Source: Octopus sinensis (taxonomy: Eukaryota). Taken from it: a stretch of 64,000 bases of DNA. The notes below the pieces were generated by a model, which did no database searches, was not told the DNA's origin, and saw only the letters and a list, made by a program, of their open reading frames with translations. Where the stretch lies: contig NC_043003.1 in assembly GCF_006345805.1 (NCBI RefSeq), positions 9,982,001-10,046,000 on the forward strand, given 5' to 3'. Position numbers and translations under genes: made by a program. This document shows, piece by piece, positions 62,411 to 64,000 of the stretch; the first letter of the stretch is position 1, and each line of letters opens with the position of its first letter.

Positions 62411-62722
62411 GGATATTTATTATAAGTATGGCACAACATTTCTTTTCACCATAGTTTGAAAAAACCGTTTTTAACGAAATTCAAAGGTAAGAGGGACCGA
62501 GTAAAAAATATATATTTAACACGAAATTACATTTGAGTTCTTTGTTTATGTAACAGATGCTTCGTTTATATATAAATTAAAGCTATGCCTTAGAATCTAT
62601 CAGTCTTTCGTTTTCACCCTTTCTCTTTCTGTATAAATACATATATGCATATACACTCATACATACATTATCTATCTATATATGTGTGTATATATATATA
62701 TATGTATATATATATACATATA

Positions 62723-62779
<57 letters not shown>

Positions 62780-62957
62780 TATATATATACATATATATAT
62801 GTATGTATATATATGTTCCACGTCCTCGCGTTGTTGTGTTTTTTTGTGCTTTCTTGTTTGGATTAACTTTATATATATATATATATGTGTGTGTGTATAC
62901 ATATATATTTATATATATATATTATATATATATATATATACATATATACATATATAC

Positions 62958-63033
<76 letters not shown>

Positions 63034-63669
63034 ATATATATATATATATATACACATACACACGCACATAAACATGCATGTGTATAAATATATGTGTGTG
63101 TGTGTATGTATGTACGAGTATACATACACATATATAACCATACACACATAAACCATTGATAAAGTACATTTACTTGCCTTAATAGCTTCATAACCCCAGG
63201 CAATTCCCATTAAACCTTATCAGATTAATTTAACTAAAATCTTCTGATTTTTTTTTCTTTTTATTTACTCTTTAGATTGATTTCAATTTTTTTCTTTGCT
63301 CTTGAAGTCAGGTACACTGTAGTTATTAGAGAAACAAATAAATAATGTGTATGACTAATACAAAAATTGCAATCCAATTAAGCAAGGTGCTCCAAGCAAG
63401 TGTAATTATATAATTTACTCAGGGGGGGAATAAAGAAAGAAAACCGATACGAACTTATATGAACCTATACACCAGGTATTTGGTACCTCATTCATTAAGT
63501 TCAATCGTCTTCGAAATAGCGACAAAGATAAACCAGATGTTTTGAACTGGATGGTTAAAAGACAAAGTCAACGCTGGAAGAGTTTGAACTATTTTGAGTG
63601 TCACGATGCACTTTATTAACCACCTGAGCTATCACCTGCACGCAGGCTACTATTATCATAATTATAATT

Positions 63670-63860
63670 AAGGTGGCAGGCCGCATAAGAAATGCTAAGT
63701 AGTATTTCGCTCCTGTTTACGTTCAGAGTTCAAATTCCGTCGAGGTCGACTTTCCCGGTTTATCTTATTTTAATAAGTATCAATTGAATACTTAAGTCAA
63801 TGTAATTGATTGTCCCCTCCCCTATTTTGCTGGCCTTGTGTCAACATTCGAAATCATCAT
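63670..63860 (+). mobile_element. Degenerate SINE family A (tail 2)
   Basis: GAAATGCTAAGTAGTATTTCG..GAGTTCAAATTCCGTCGAGGTCGACTTT..TTTTGCTGGCCTTGTG. Confidence 0.75.
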
Positions 63861-64000
63861 TTTCATTATTATTGTTTTACTTCTCAGAACGCCCGGTCTT
63901 GTTTGTTCTGGTAGATTCTGTCAGAGCGAACAACAGCCTGGTGTCAGAGGTTTCACAAGTTCTCTTTCTGTTCATTATAAGCTTCGACACTCGGTTGTTA

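Overview
AT-rich eukaryotic non-coding DNA, almost entirely transposable elements, microsatellites and one satellite array. I found no host protein-coding gene that I can support. The repeat mix (several tRNA-derived SINE families, CR1, RTE, R4/Dong and Tx1 LINEs, Penelope-type fragments, Tc1/mariner, hAT, Helitrons, very long (TA)n/(CA)n tracts) looks like an octopus or other cephalopod genome; that assignment is inference. SINE family names A-D are my own labels. Layout: 1-2990 is a 34-bp satellite with a 390-bp higher-order duplication and a CR1-type LINE inserted in it. 37.2-39.0 kb is a young 5'-truncated CR1 with an uninterrupted 525-aa RT ORF. About 25 SINE copies and many DNA-transposon remnants are scattered throughout. 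Strongest observations: (1) a tRNA-Asp(GTC) sequence with 5' leader fused upstream of a SINE, the whole unit enclosed by one perfect 14-bp target-site duplication (24007-24341); (2) a 3'-terminal module GG(C/T)GGTGC..CATGGCC-hairpin-GAAAC shared by SINE family B and two CR1 LINE families, with compensatory changes in the hairpin; (3) five SINE-A dimers with the same junction, one of them copied with about 100 bp of 3' flank to a site 28 kb away; (4) minimal hammerhead-like motifs in Penelope-type repeats. Almost all other ORFs in the supplied track are artefacts of microsatellites, the satellite or SINEs. Coordinates for degenerate elements are approximate.
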